DNA from: an uncultured virus (IMG/VR IMGVR_UViG_3300010282_000326)
Lineage: Duplodnaviria > Heunggongvirae > Uroviricota > Caudoviricetes
Length of the DNA: 64,000 nucleotides
IMG/VR virus record: IMGVR_UViG_3300010282_000326
Direction: 5' to 3' (one strand)
This document shows positions 19,001-28,683 of this stretch, one piece after another. A program made the translations under genes and the position numbers. The notes under the pieces were generated by a model. That model made no database searches, was not told where the DNA came from, and worked only from the letters and a program-made list of their open reading frames with translations. How positions within the stretch are numbered: position 1 is the first letter of the stretch; each line of letters opens with the position of its first letter.

Positions 19001-21785
19001 TTTATCTGATGATGTTAAAGGCACATCAAGTCTTGAGCATAGAAGAAAAGGATTTATGTATAATGGGGTTGATTATACAAATACTGCAAATACTGATTCA
19101 ATGGGAAATTACTACACTCAGAATGGTGGTTCTTTGGCAACAGGTTTGTTTATAAACTTTAATTATGTAGCTAATCAAACAGCAAGAAATTATTATTGGT
19201 TAGATTATAAATGTAATTATCAACCTAACTTTGAATTAAATGAGATATCATTAGCTTCTCCAAATACTTATTTTGGACTAACTAATGATACTTATAGTAT
19301 AACATTAAATGATTATTTAAGGTATGCAAATTTTGATACTTATAATACATCTACTGAGACGGGTGAGTTGCAATTAGACGATAATGGTAGACTTACTAAT
19401 TTATCTGCAGGAAGAGTTTATAAAGATTTATCTTCATTCTATTATGCTTTATATACTGAGTCACCTTATTACTTCTTTAACTACAATGTCAGAGACCAGT
19501 TAAATGTATCAAGAGTTGAGCCAATAGATTTAGATTCGGCAAAGGGTGCTTTATCTTCATATAATTATAATTATAGAGATTTAACATCCACTAAAGGTAA
19601 TTTAGCAGCATTATTCTTAAAGGATAATCAATCATATTTCTATAACTTACAGCCTAATGCAGGTGATGGTTATGGTGAGATGCGTGATTATATGAATTTC
19701 CACGATTTCTTCTATTATGTTTATCCTTTATTGCAATATGGTACAAGGACAGCTAAAGAATGGGATGACGAGTTTGGTTTATTCCTTTATGATGATTGTT
19801 CTTTACATTTTAACAATGACTGTACATTTTCATACGATGGGGTAGTTTATAAGAGTGTTCTTGATTCTGAGTTTAAGAAGAAATTAAAGGACATGGATGA
19901 TGAAGAAAAGTTTAAGTTTTGGCATAACTTTAATGTAAATGCTATTTATAATCAGTATAGTCCTTGGCTTGATGCAATGGAAGATTGTGATTATGCTAAG
20001 GCAGAAGAAATAACTGTAATGGGTAATAAGTTTACTGTTCAGAACCCATTAGACCCTACTACATATTTTAAGATGGATGAAAATAATAATATTACTGAAG
20101 GTAGATATATGGTATTCAGTAGGTCTGAAATGAAGTATTATGGTCTAGATTGGTCACAGTTGACTAAAGTAGAGCAGAAAATTATAACAGTTCAAGATAA
20201 TGTATATAATAAGACATTAAATATTATGAATTATTATACTTTATCTGATGAGACTTTAATAACTGAGTATGCTATGATTCAGCTATTTGAGTTCAATAAA
20301 GAGTTTAGTCAGGCAAATCTTATAGGTAATACTTATCAGTTATATCCTCAAGGTTATGAATTAAAGGCATTTACTTATGATTCATATTTAAGATTAATAG
20401 TAGCTGAAGCTAGTGGTGAGGATTTACAGACTACTGATGGTACAAGTATATATTCTAGAATAATTTCAAAGACAAGTATTTTCTTCGGAATATGTCTTTT
20501 AGTAAATGACTTCATAGCAGTTTATTTGATACCAGGTCTTAAGATTGCATTCTTAATTGCCTTATTCTTCTCAAGTATAGCACTGATAATTAGTTCTGCT
20601 GTCAAGTTAGAGTTAAATATAGCAGCAGCAGCTTGGAAGAGTTTAATTTCACCATTGCTTAGTTACTCATTAATTAGTATTGGTATGGCTTGGATAGTTA
20701 GCTTGTTTATGAGTAACGGAGCACAAGGGGTAGTCCAAACTGGTAAGACAGTTACATTAGGTGACCCTACAATGGCTATATTAGCTATGATTATAATAAA
20801 TACAGCAGTTTTAGTCCTTTATTGGAAAGTAGTTAAAAAGTGTATTAAAGATGTAATTACTTATGGTAAGGCTTTAGCTACAAGTATTGGTGGTGCTGTT
20901 GGAGGTGCTTTAGGTACTGTTGCAGCAGGAGCACTTAAGGGTAAGACTTCTGGAAAAGGTTCATATTCTGGTAATGCTTCTAATTCCGCTCAACAAAGAG
21001 GTAGAGATAATGCACCAGATGGAAAAGGTTCATCAGGAAATCTTGGTAGGTCGCTTGCAGGTGGTGCTTTAGGTGGGGCTGTAGCTGGTGATATGATTTC
21101 AGATACTATGAAAGATGAAATTGCTCGTCAGAATGCAAGAGAAGATGCTCGTAAGGGTATGAATAAGTATGACGAAAAGGCTATGGGTAAGCAAGAGGCT
21201 AAGGAAGATAAGTATCGTAAGAAGAGTGAAAAACTTTTCCATGATGCAGAAAAGGCTGAAGCTAATGGACATAGTGGTAGAGCTGAGCGAAAACTAAATA
21301 AAGCAGTCAAGAATGAAAATAAGATGAATAGAGCAAAGAAGTATCAGGCAAATATTCAAGAAAAAGGTAGATTTGGTGCATTTAAAGAAAGAACAAAAGA
21401 AAATATTGGTATTGTCGGTTCTAAGGCAGCCAAAGGTATTGGTGCAGTTAAATCTGCAGGAAGTAGTGCAGCTTATTCTGTAAAGAGTGGTGCAGTTGGT
21501 GAGAGACTTGGTAGTAGCATAAGAAAGACTGGAGAAGCAGGTCGAGCTACAGCTAAATTTGTAAGAAATGCACCAGCCAATATTAAGAAAGGTGCTATTG
21601 CAGGAACAAAGAAAATTGGTGGAGCAGTAGCAAAAGGTGCTGTTATAGGGCATAAAGTTGGCGAGGCAGGAAAAGCAGTAAGTAATTCTGTTGGAAAAGG
21701 TATCAGTAATGGTATGGCACGAACAGCAGGTGCTTATAAAAATAATGTAGCAGGCTTTAAGTCTGGACTAAAGGGTTCTAATTAA
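16017..21785 (+). CDS. giant polytopic membrane protein, candidate extended VirB6-like T4SS channel component
   Basis: 1922 aa; signal peptide, two TM clusters separated by large soluble domains, basic Gly/Ala/Lys tail; in the same region as the VirB4-like gene; the VirB6 label is contextual inference. Confidence 0.55.
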   Translation: MLRLIQKYNIKRGIASVLALLMLVSAFASIKPLDAKADSNDRRKTYLELMAGKDLTDISDVSALTSEDLRCIALFLSNYYLPFSTVLDNTDAEVAASNKANMVDCLKKIGFDGEAAEQIVETIYKQTLATAKPLYVDGLDANRTIDSSVSADWTSFGWGKDHNDPGVTGNSFKTQDYKDHVGEMIDDKYTPLTLFIWDSVMRDQSDRPSDGLNSGNITLYWDNDGTMQPCFKVDNLVRNLYISMTSTPNGSSQKKMSAWGDGAMGNAMALIKGGKTDTDGVVLGADGQELSETEIYASFIFTEKMYVDWVGNIVADLGTHRVVVFPAACNPYVFSHIGEATSTDAADLSPHANLISVQTQQMIKRMGSWFDVDDSGLITSSTNGVASILTEVASLDPDYQTKHDLKTGGYLLSSSFKIQSEMKMSYNNTKQVTWDSYEKFWGGNTSKDSAKQLKKRAADMKISGTYPYDNPDDDWAADGEFNMSFRTVVLGNKDTVSTYLVYKSIPNVDELEDDALGSQSFVVNDFMKSNLKETPYFNSVQSDIGAGKFKVFTANASDSAELANYFISYAFAYANKDAVNGESYKGSEAKYYVDIKFNDIFPNTDGEAIEWETNSHTGDKVMSFVYYLLHPVEGAAYVATLFKNKVSGIIVGWHEDVVGGTDSNYTTGMTKYLGFTGYATSPSLYDIDWIAGILDTYNNLIVYVIILLCVILLCYVLIGSLTIQRGVIGVFCFAILAFLPPVAINASVEMINRTCDSIYSSKFDYWAICQVEGYLPKLNAIQQADNVNDYIAALMDIKTVNDSIAGESESTFSGVKLKWVSPKKFNDMTAVTNELSESQQMSSTFSPTFIHVLSNSLASTNSTEEFVQDADYLYRDYLDIYRYASTSYNLYTTFNLNDSIRKSGTKVSLDGGDTTVSNAILAGAKTYNSVGENWLSCTYAYIPDSSVKDTFNLSKDGMATQFVPRNIKYLDSGLNFAMFAVDANSPKDKNTAYSSLSDDVKGTSSLEHRRKGFMYNGVDYTNTANTDSMGNYYTQNGGSLATGLFINFNYVANQTARNYYWLDYKCNYQPNFELNEISLASPNTYFGLTNDTYSITLNDYLRYANFDTYNTSTETGELQLDDNGRLTNLSAGRVYKDLSSFYYALYTESPYYFFNYNVRDQLNVSRVEPIDLDSAKGALSSYNYNYRDLTSTKGNLAALFLKDNQSYFYNLQPNAGDGYGEMRDYMNFHDFFYYVYPLLQYGTRTAKEWDDEFGLFLYDDCSLHFNNDCTFSYDGVVYKSVLDSEFKKKLKDMDDEEKFKFWHNFNVNAIYNQYSPWLDAMEDCDYAKAEEITVMGNKFTVQNPLDPTTYFKMDENNNITEGRYMVFSRSEMKYYGLDWSQLTKVEQKIITVQDNVYNKTLNIMNYYTLSDETLITEYAMIQLFEFNKEFSQANLIGNTYQLYPQGYELKAFTYDSYLRLIVAEASGEDLQTTDGTSIYSRIISKTSIFFGICLLVNDFIAVYLIPGLKIAFLIALFFSSIALIISSAVKLELNIAAAAWKSLISPLLSYSLISIGMAWIVSLFMSNGAQGVVQTGKTVTLGDPTMAILAMIIINTAVLVLYWKVVKKCIKDVITYGKALATSIGGAVGGALGTVAAGALKGKTSGKGSYSGNASNSAQQRGRDNAPDGKGSSGNLGRSLAGGALGGAVAGDMISDTMKDEIARQNAREDARKGMNKYDEKAMGKQEAKEDKYRKKSEKLFHDAEKAEANGHSGRAERKLNKAVKNENKMNRAKKYQANIQEKGRFGAFKERTKENIGIVGSKAAKGIGAVKSAGSSAAYSVKSGAVGERLGSSIRKTGEAGRATAKFVRNAPANIKKGAIAGTKKIGGAVAKGAVIGHKVGEAGKAVSNSVGKGISNGMARTAGAYKNNVAGFKSGLKGSN

Positions 21786-21800
21786 GGAGGTTAGTTTATT

Positions 21801-22985
21801 ATGGCGATGGATATGCGACCACAACCAGAGGATACAGCTATTAATATCCCAGTTACATTTGATTATCGTGGAGGTAAAAGTGCTAATGTTAAAGGTAATG
21901 TTATTGCTATAATAATATTCGTTTTAGTTCCAATAATCGTAACAGTTGGTATATTTAAGAGTTTAGACTTAGAACTTTGGCAAAAGTTTCTATACTCAGG
22001 GGTAGTTTTATATGTAGGTTTGTTTTTAATAAGATTCTTTATATTGAAAGAAACATATTATAGTGATGTATATGAGACACTTAAGGCTAAAGATTTTAGA
22101 TTAAAAACAAATGAAATATGGCAGATTTTTGATATTGACTCTAATTACCCTTACATTTCTTATTTTAGAAATGGTTATAAAGGAATTTTTGTCAAAATGG
22201 AAAAAGATGTTATAACTGGTAAGCCAGAAACAGCTATGTATGACCATTATGAAGCTATCGCAGATGCGTATAATGTAGCTCATTCCTTAAATATGAACAT
22301 TATACATATTGATTATATGGATAATATTGGTAATGACCCAAGATTACAAACAATGTATGATGATTTGGCTGAAGTAAGTAATATGGATATGCAAGACTTA
22401 CTTATTGACATCTATTCTTATTTACAAGATAATATGAGTATGAACTATGCTAGTTTTGATATCTATTTGTTCTTAACAAGAGATAACCTAAATAATTTTA
22501 CTTACAATGTTCAGAGTGTTGTAAGTAGAATGTTAGGTGGTAACTTTATTACTTATAAAATCTTAGATAGAAATGATATTTCGAGTGTTTGTACTGCATT
22601 ATTTAATTTACATGACTTCAGTGTATTTGAAGCTTGTGAGAATGTATTACAAACAACCTCACATTCAGGTATTATACCTATAAGTGTCATACATCCAGAT
22701 GGAACTGAGGATAAGTTAAATAAAACTCAAGCAGAAAAACGAGCTGAAGCTCAAGAAAAAGCTAGAAAGCAGAAAGAGGCTTTACAAGAAGCTGAGAGAG
22801 AAAAGCAGAGAGCAAAGCTTAAGAAGAAAGGTTTACTTAAAGAACCTGTTATTGATAACACAGAATTAGATATATTTATGGACACAGGGGTACTTACAAG
22901 CGATATGAATCCTAATAAACCTATCTTTAATGATAAGAAATCAGAAGAGTCTAATGATGATGAAGATATAGACTTATTTGGTTAA
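21801..22985 (+). CDS. two-TM protein with soluble domain (PrgI/VirB3-like by context)
   Basis: Two N-terminal TM helices, coiled-coil segment, acidic tail ending DIDLFG. Confidence 0.5.
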   Translation: MAMDMRPQPEDTAINIPVTFDYRGGKSANVKGNVIAIIIFVLVPIIVTVGIFKSLDLELWQKFLYSGVVLYVGLFLIRFFILKETYYSDVYETLKAKDFRLKTNEIWQIFDIDSNYPYISYFRNGYKGIFVKMEKDVITGKPETAMYDHYEAIADAYNVAHSLNMNIIHIDYMDNIGNDPRLQTMYDDLAEVSNMDMQDLLIDIYSYLQDNMSMNYASFDIYLFLTRDNLNNFTYNVQSVVSRMLGGNFITYKILDRNDISSVCTALFNLHDFSVFEACENVLQTTSHSGIIPISVIHPDGTEDKLNKTQAEKRAEAQEKARKQKEALQEAEREKQRAKLKKKGLLKEPVIDNTELDIFMDTGVLTSDMNPNKPIFNDKKSEESNDDEDIDLFG

Positions 22986-22990
22986 AAATC

Positions 22991-23040
22991 AATATCAAGT
23001 TGGGGTAGTTTCGTACTACCTTAACTTGATATTATTTTTT
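22991..23040 (+). terminator. long intrinsic terminator
   Basis: AATATCAAGTTGGGGTAGT / ACTACCTTAACTTGATATT hairpin plus T-run. Confidence 0.8.
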
Positions 23041-23124
23041 ATTAGTGGATATTTTTGTAATTTAATCGTTGAATAGTTTGATTTAAGTACTTTATTTTTC
23101 AATATTATATATGAGGTGATAATT

Positions 23125-25290
23125 ATGAAATTAGCGTTAGTTTTAGGGACTAGTCAAGGACAGGCTGTAAAGCCAAGATTAGAGGGGGTAAAGGATAATT
23201 TAGATATAGATATCTATGATAATATTCCAAAGTTCATAGATTTGGCATTTAAGAAAAATACTAAGTATGATAGAATATTAATTTTATCTACCATGCTTAA
23301 GACAAATACAATATTAGAAGACCTTTATAACTATTGGTCAAGTACTTCAAAGGAAACGCAGATTGTTGTTTTATGTAGAAAAGGTAAAGACGAGGGGGTA
23401 GCTAATACTTTCTTACAAGTATTCAAGACAACTGTTGCAGCAGTTATGTTTGTAGATAAAACAACAGTGCAGGTTCTTTCTGAAGCAGCTATATTACCAC
23501 CTATTAAGATTACTGAGAAGTATGGTATTAAGGATTATTTAAATGTCGAGACTGAAGAGGCTATATATGAAGAGCCAGAACCAGAAGTTAAGGAAGTTAA
23601 ACCAGAACCTCAGAAGAAAAAGGGTGGTTTTTTGAGTGGTTTATTTGGTGGAAAGAAAGCAGAACCTCAGAAGCCAGTTCAAAATACACAGCAACAGAAT
23701 GATGTTAATCAAGAGAATAATCAAAATGATTATCAAGAAGATTATCAGAATGATGAATATCAAAATGATAATTATGATGATGATTATCAAGAAGAATATC
23801 AGGATGATGGCTATCAAGATGATAATTATCAGGATGAAGATTATCAAGAAAACTATCAGGAAGATGATTATCAAGAAGAATATCAGGATGATGGTTATCA
23901 AGATGATAATAATCAAGAAAATTATCAGGATACTACATCAGATGATGTACAACAGGAGCAAGTTCAGGAAGATGATTTTGATTATACTGATGATGATACC
24001 AGTTTTTCAAATGAGCCAGTAGAAAATGATTTTTCGGAAAATATACATGATGAAGCTCAGGTACTGACAGCTGATTTAAATCCTTTCATTAATAAGCAAG
24101 TTACAACTCCAGAAGATAAAAAGGAAAGTGTACAGGAGTTTGTAGAAAATAATATAAGCCAGCCAAATTTAGATGGCAATACAGAAAGTTCTGTTGTAGA
24201 GGATATACCGATACAACCTAAAAAAGAGAAGATACCTAAGCAGCATACAAGTTCTGTAGAGGTTGAAGAAGTTGATGAAGATTTTTCGTCTTTCTCTATG
24301 GGAAGTTCTAATGCTTTTACTGAAGATACTTCAGAATTGGATAATGACTTTATCCCAGAAACAGTTGATGAAGACTTCGGAGCACAAACATTTAGAGATA
24401 CTCAGAGTAGAAAGCAACAGCAGAGACCTACAGAAGTAGCTGATGTAGATGAGGATTTGGGTGACTTAAGTGTTGCTAGTGCTGAGGAGGCATATAGACA
24501 AGCTAATGAGCAACCAAAGGTTATAGTTAAGGAAGTTGTTAGAGAAGTTGAGAAGCCAGTTTTAGGTTCAAGTGGAAATACTTTACGAGGAGTTCTTGGG
24601 GGTAGACTTCATAAGACAATAATTGTAACAGGAGACAGAGGTACTGGTGTTACAACAACTGCACTTATGTTAGCTAAGGAGTTTGCTAAAAAGGTAAAAG
24701 TGCTATACTTTGATTGTGATGTGGTTAATCATGGTCTACTGAGTTATATTGATTATAGCACTTTTAGGGATTATGAAAATATACACATGCAAGGTGTTAA
24801 GTTGTGTAGAAAAAATAGTGCATTTCCAAATTGTGTAGTTAGTTATGACACTAATCTTGATATATTAACAACAGATTATAGTTGTGATACAACTGATGAA
24901 GAGTTAGAGATAGCTCAAGGAGTAGTTGCAGAAAATGTAGAAAAGTATGGGGTAGTTATTGTTGATTGCCCAGTTTCTAAGTTACATTGTATTCAAGATT
25001 TGGTTCTTATTGGTAATGGTATTATATGTGTTGAAGAGTCAAAGCGTGGCTTTATGAATATGCTTTGTCAGTTTGAGGGTAGTCCTTTAGCAATGAGATA
25101 TAAGAGAACTTTAGCTAATAAGGGTACTATGTTTGTAACAAAGAATAATAAGAATACAGATTTAAAGAAGCTTATTAAGTATATCAGTGATTTATTTGCT
25201 TCTGATGGTGCAGATTGGTTAAATATGCCTACCATTCAATTTAATGGTAAGTTAAATGATAAAATTATCAATGAAGTTTTAGAGAGCTAG
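23125..25290 (+). CDS. MinD/ParA/CpaE-like protein with long acidic linker
   Basis: C-terminal IIVTGDRGTGVTT (deviant Walker A), LYFDCD, VVIVDCP; internal KKKGGFLSGLFGG resembles the MinD membrane-targeting helix. Confidence 0.65.
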   Translation: MKLALVLGTSQGQAVKPRLEGVKDNLDIDIYDNIPKFIDLAFKKNTKYDRILILSTMLKTNTILEDLYNYWSSTSKETQIVVLCRKGKDEGVANTFLQVFKTTVAAVMFVDKTTVQVLSEAAILPPIKITEKYGIKDYLNVETEEAIYEEPEPEVKEVKPEPQKKKGGFLSGLFGGKKAEPQKPVQNTQQQNDVNQENNQNDYQEDYQNDEYQNDNYDDDYQEEYQDDGYQDDNYQDEDYQENYQEDDYQEEYQDDGYQDDNNQENYQDTTSDDVQQEQVQEDDFDYTDDDTSFSNEPVENDFSENIHDEAQVLTADLNPFINKQVTTPEDKKESVQEFVENNISQPNLDGNTESSVVEDIPIQPKKEKIPKQHTSSVEVEEVDEDFSSFSMGSSNAFTEDTSELDNDFIPETVDEDFGAQTFRDTQSRKQQQRPTEVADVDEDLGDLSVASAEEAYRQANEQPKVIVKEVVREVEKPVLGSSGNTLRGVLGGRLHKTIIVTGDRGTGVTTTALMLAKEFAKKVKVLYFDCDVVNHGLLSYIDYSTFRDYENIHMQGVKLCRKNSAFPNCVVSYDTNLDILTTDYSCDTTDEELEIAQGVVAENVEKYGVVIVDCPVSKLHCIQDLVLIGNGIICVEESKRGFMNMLCQFEGSPLAMRYKRTLANKGTMFVTKNNKNTDLKKLIKYISDLFASDGADWLNMPTIQFNGKLNDKIINEVLES
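23700..23935 (+). repeat. coding repeats of Q(D/E)(D/E)xY type (15-bp units)
   Basis: TATCAAGAAGA / TATCAGGATGA units. Confidence 0.7.
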
Positions 25291-25303
25291 TAGGAGGTAG
25301 TTT

Positions 25304-26539
25304 ATGAAAGTTATAGTTTCAACTAAGTTAGAAGATATTTATGATAATTTTGTTCTTACGGATTCTCTTAAGAAGGTTAGAGAGATGCCAGGAGTTACAA
25401 CTCTTATACTAAATGATTGTATAGAGGGTGATTTCGATATAGGAGTTTTTATTTCTGAGTTCCACAAAAATGGTGTAAAACAGTTTGTTTATATAACTGA
25501 AAACCCATCGACAACTGTTAAGATGGTAATAAAAGGTGTTAATGGTTACTTTATTGAAGATGAGTTTTATCTTCAGGATGAAGAGGAACTTATGAGCCTT
25601 TTAGAAGAGCTTGGTCTTGAGGAAGATGGTAATAATTACTCATTAGCTACTTCTAATATCAAAGTTATAAGCGACTTTATGCAGGCTTTTGCTAGGGGTG
25701 AGGATAGGATTAAAGCTCCAGTTTATCTTGAACAGGTTTCCACTGCTGTTAATGAACTTGTAGAGATTAATCACAATCAGGAACTTCAGATTTCAGCAAT
25801 GGGTACAAGTGCTATTGAGGTGTTTGAGAAAGCAAGTTCTATAATTAAGGCTATGGATACACAGAGAAAGAACATCGAAAAGCAGTTACAAGAGTTGGAG
25901 GATAATCAAAATAATGCACCAACGAGAGTTAATTTAAGTAATAGTTTGATGTTTTGGCAGCCATATAGGTATGTTGGTAATACAAAGATTCTTCTTATCA
26001 GAGAGTTAAGTGCTTGTAGATACCTCACATCATTCACTTTGGGGTACTTACATCATTTACATTATGAGATGAATAAGCGTGTAAAGCTTGTTATTTGTAG
26101 ACAGAAGGCACAGGGTTTAGCTTTAAGATATAATCATGAAATGTTTACATTTATAAATTCTGATAATGCAAATATGTCATCATTATATGATAGTGAAATT
26201 ATAGTTACAGATAGTCCTAAGAAAGAGATAATGAAGGATTTACTTTCTAAGCCTTGTGACTTAATAATTGTACTTGATAGATTATTTGGAAATATGGATA
26301 TAGTTAGTGGTAAGATTACTGCAAAGGTTAATGCAATTAGTGGTAGAGGAGACTTACAGAGGTTTCATGTAAAGGCTGAGGATTGTATCTTTTCAGTAAC
26401 TGGTGTTAAGAATTCATTTTGTAACTTATTTACTATAAAAGAGTTTCCAGATGAAGTAGATGCTAGATATGCTTATTATAATCAGACTTTTGCTGATGCT
26501 TATGCTAAGTTTGATAAAAAAGTAGGTATTATAAAGTAG
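25304..26539 (+). CDS. hypothetical protein with central coiled coil
   Basis: AGGAGG RBS; lies between the MinD-like and VirB4-like genes. Confidence 0.8.
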   Translation: MKVIVSTKLEDIYDNFVLTDSLKKVREMPGVTTLILNDCIEGDFDIGVFISEFHKNGVKQFVYITENPSTTVKMVIKGVNGYFIEDEFYLQDEEELMSLLEELGLEEDGNNYSLATSNIKVISDFMQAFARGEDRIKAPVYLEQVSTAVNELVEINHNQELQISAMGTSAIEVFEKASSIIKAMDTQRKNIEKQLQELEDNQNNAPTRVNLSNSLMFWQPYRYVGNTKILLIRELSACRYLTSFTLGYLHHLHYEMNKRVKLVICRQKAQGLALRYNHEMFTFINSDNANMSSLYDSEIIVTDSPKKEIMKDLLSKPCDLIIVLDRLFGNMDIVSGKITAKVNAISGRGDLQRFHVKAEDCIFSVTGVKNSFCNLFTIKEFPDEVDARYAYYNQTFADAYAKFDKKVGIIK

Positions 26540-26551
26540 GAGGTTTGAGAT

Positions 26552-28681
26552 ATGGGTATACCATTTATAAGTAAGGGTTCAGAGCATCCAAAGCGAACAA
26601 TAAATTTTGTTCAGCTTTGGGATAAAATTGGAACATCTTACATAAAAAAGAATGACTCTAATTATGGCGAAACAAGAACATATAATATGTATGCAGACCT
26701 TTTAGGGTTTTATAGTGGAGAGGATAATGTGAGTTACATTTTTTCTATTGATGGTTATCCTAGAGAAATTGAAAATTCTTATGTGTCCACTTTAAGAAGA
26801 GAGTGTAAAGATGGAGTTAGAATTTCGTTTATAAGTCCTCTTGAGAAAACAGTTATTGAATGGAATTCTCCGCAGATTAGGGCTAAGTTAAGAACTTGGA
26901 GATTAATGGATAATGATGGGGAAGATGTTGATGAGTATAACCTTTTCCAGAACTTAAATATGTTAGATAGTCAGGATTGGAGAAAAGACAGTCTTGTTTA
27001 TCTTTCAACTTCTGAAATAAGAAGAAAGCGTAAACTTTTCAAGTTCAGAACTTTAATGATTATATCAGGAAAGCGAGGGGTAGATTTTAATAATTCTGTA
27101 AAAGAGATTGTCAATTTATGTAAGATAATGAATATTAAAATCTCAAGAGTTATCGGTGATATACCAGAGTATCTTAAAGTATTTAGTCCTTTTTCAAATA
27201 CTTTTGATAATAAGATATTAGATAAATGTGGTTGTATTACTATACCAGATGAATTACTTTCTAGATTTAATACTTATGCACAAGGTACAGTAGGAAGAAG
27301 TGGAATATATTGGGGTACTGATATTTATTCTGCATTCCCTTGTTTGAAACCAGTTAAAGCTACTACAGAGACTGCTGAGAACTGGTTGATAACAGCAGAA
27401 ACTGGTGGTGGTAAGTCATTCTTCGTTAAAGGTATTTTAGTTCAGCTTTTAGCAAAAGACTTATATAATGGTACAATAATGGATGTCGAAGGTTTTGAGT
27501 ATTTACCTTTAGCAAATTATTTATCGAATAATGATGATGTAGTTGTTCTTAATATGGGTGAAGGTTCTGGTGCTTATTATGACCCATTTGAGATTATGAT
27601 AACAGGAGATAAGGACTTGGATGGTGATATGTATTCATTAAGTACATCATTTACTTTATCTTTATTTAAGTGTTTACTTGGTTCAACTCAGGACGATGAT
27701 GAATGGGTTGATATTGTTATAAATGATGCAGTATCATTAACATACGGCAAAGCAGGGGTAGATGCTACTGATATGGATACTTGGAAAAATTCTCATGGCT
27801 TTACTATTTATGATGTTTATGATACTTTAAAGTCATTAAAATCTAATGGTAATGCTACAAGAGCTGTTGCAAGTATGTTTACACACTCATTATACGAGGA
27901 AAAGATGGGTGTAGGTAAAAAGCTTGATAAGAATGATGTTAATAGACTTATAAATGCTAATGAAGGCTATCAGAAAGCTATTGATATGTGTATAGCTAAG
28001 ATTTCTCGTTATTTTGAGCCTAACGGTGTTAGGGCTAGTTTATTTAGAAATCGTATAGATATAAAAGAAGTTCAGGATGCTAAGCTTGTTATTTGTTCAT
28101 TTGGTATGGCAGGTAAGTCACCTAATACAGTAGACCCGATACAGATGGCTTTGATGCAGTTATACTCAGCTAATATTTCACATTTAAGGTCAATATTTAG
28201 TAAGAACAATGGTAAGTTTAACTTTAAACTTTGGGAAGAGTTTCAGCGTTGGGGTGGTTTTCCAGATGCAGATAAAACTATAAATGTTGCTCTTACTGGT
28301 GGTCGTAAGTTAGGTGATATCAATATAATTATAACAAATAAGGTTATAGATATGCTTGAAGATGATAAGTTTGGTGTATTTTCCAATATAACTTCATTTG
28401 CCATAGGTGCTATAGGTGATGCTTATGTTAGAGAGGAACTTTGTAATCGTCTTACAATCCCTCAGATGGCACCAGAGTTGGATAAATTATCTAATGAGAA
28501 TAAAGATTTAGCTCTTTATGTTGAAGGTGATACTCTTATGTCAAATCCGTATAAGAAAGCATTTCTTATTGGACTTGATAGGACAATATATACAATATCT
28601 AAAATGATGATTCCTAAAGAGTTAAGAGAAAGCCATATCTTTAGAACAGGTATCGACTTAAAGAAGAAGGAGGAAAGTTAG
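26552..28681 (+). CDS. VirB4/TraE/TcpF-like conjugation ATPase
   Basis: ENWLITAETGGGKSFFVK Walker A, IMDVEGFEY, YYDPFE, Walker B-like LWEEFQ, GRKLG; about 700 aa. Confidence 0.8.
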   Translation: MGIPFISKGSEHPKRTINFVQLWDKIGTSYIKKNDSNYGETRTYNMYADLLGFYSGEDNVSYIFSIDGYPREIENSYVSTLRRECKDGVRISFISPLEKTVIEWNSPQIRAKLRTWRLMDNDGEDVDEYNLFQNLNMLDSQDWRKDSLVYLSTSEIRRKRKLFKFRTLMIISGKRGVDFNNSVKEIVNLCKIMNIKISRVIGDIPEYLKVFSPFSNTFDNKILDKCGCITIPDELLSRFNTYAQGTVGRSGIYWGTDIYSAFPCLKPVKATTETAENWLITAETGGGKSFFVKGILVQLLAKDLYNGTIMDVEGFEYLPLANYLSNNDDVVVLNMGEGSGAYYDPFEIMITGDKDLDGDMYSLSTSFTLSLFKCLLGSTQDDDEWVDIVINDAVSLTYGKAGVDATDMDTWKNSHGFTIYDVYDTLKSLKSNGNATRAVASMFTHSLYEEKMGVGKKLDKNDVNRLINANEGYQKAIDMCIAKISRYFEPNGVRASLFRNRIDIKEVQDAKLVICSFGMAGKSPNTVDPIQMALMQLYSANISHLRSIFSKNNGKFNFKLWEEFQRWGGFPDADKTINVALTGGRKLGDINIIITNKVIDMLEDDKFGVFSNITSFAIGAIGDAYVREELCNRLTIPQMAPELDKLSNENKDLALYVEGDTLMSNPYKKAFLIGLDRTIYTISKMMIPKELRESHIFRTGIDLKKKEES

Positions 28682-28683
28682 TT

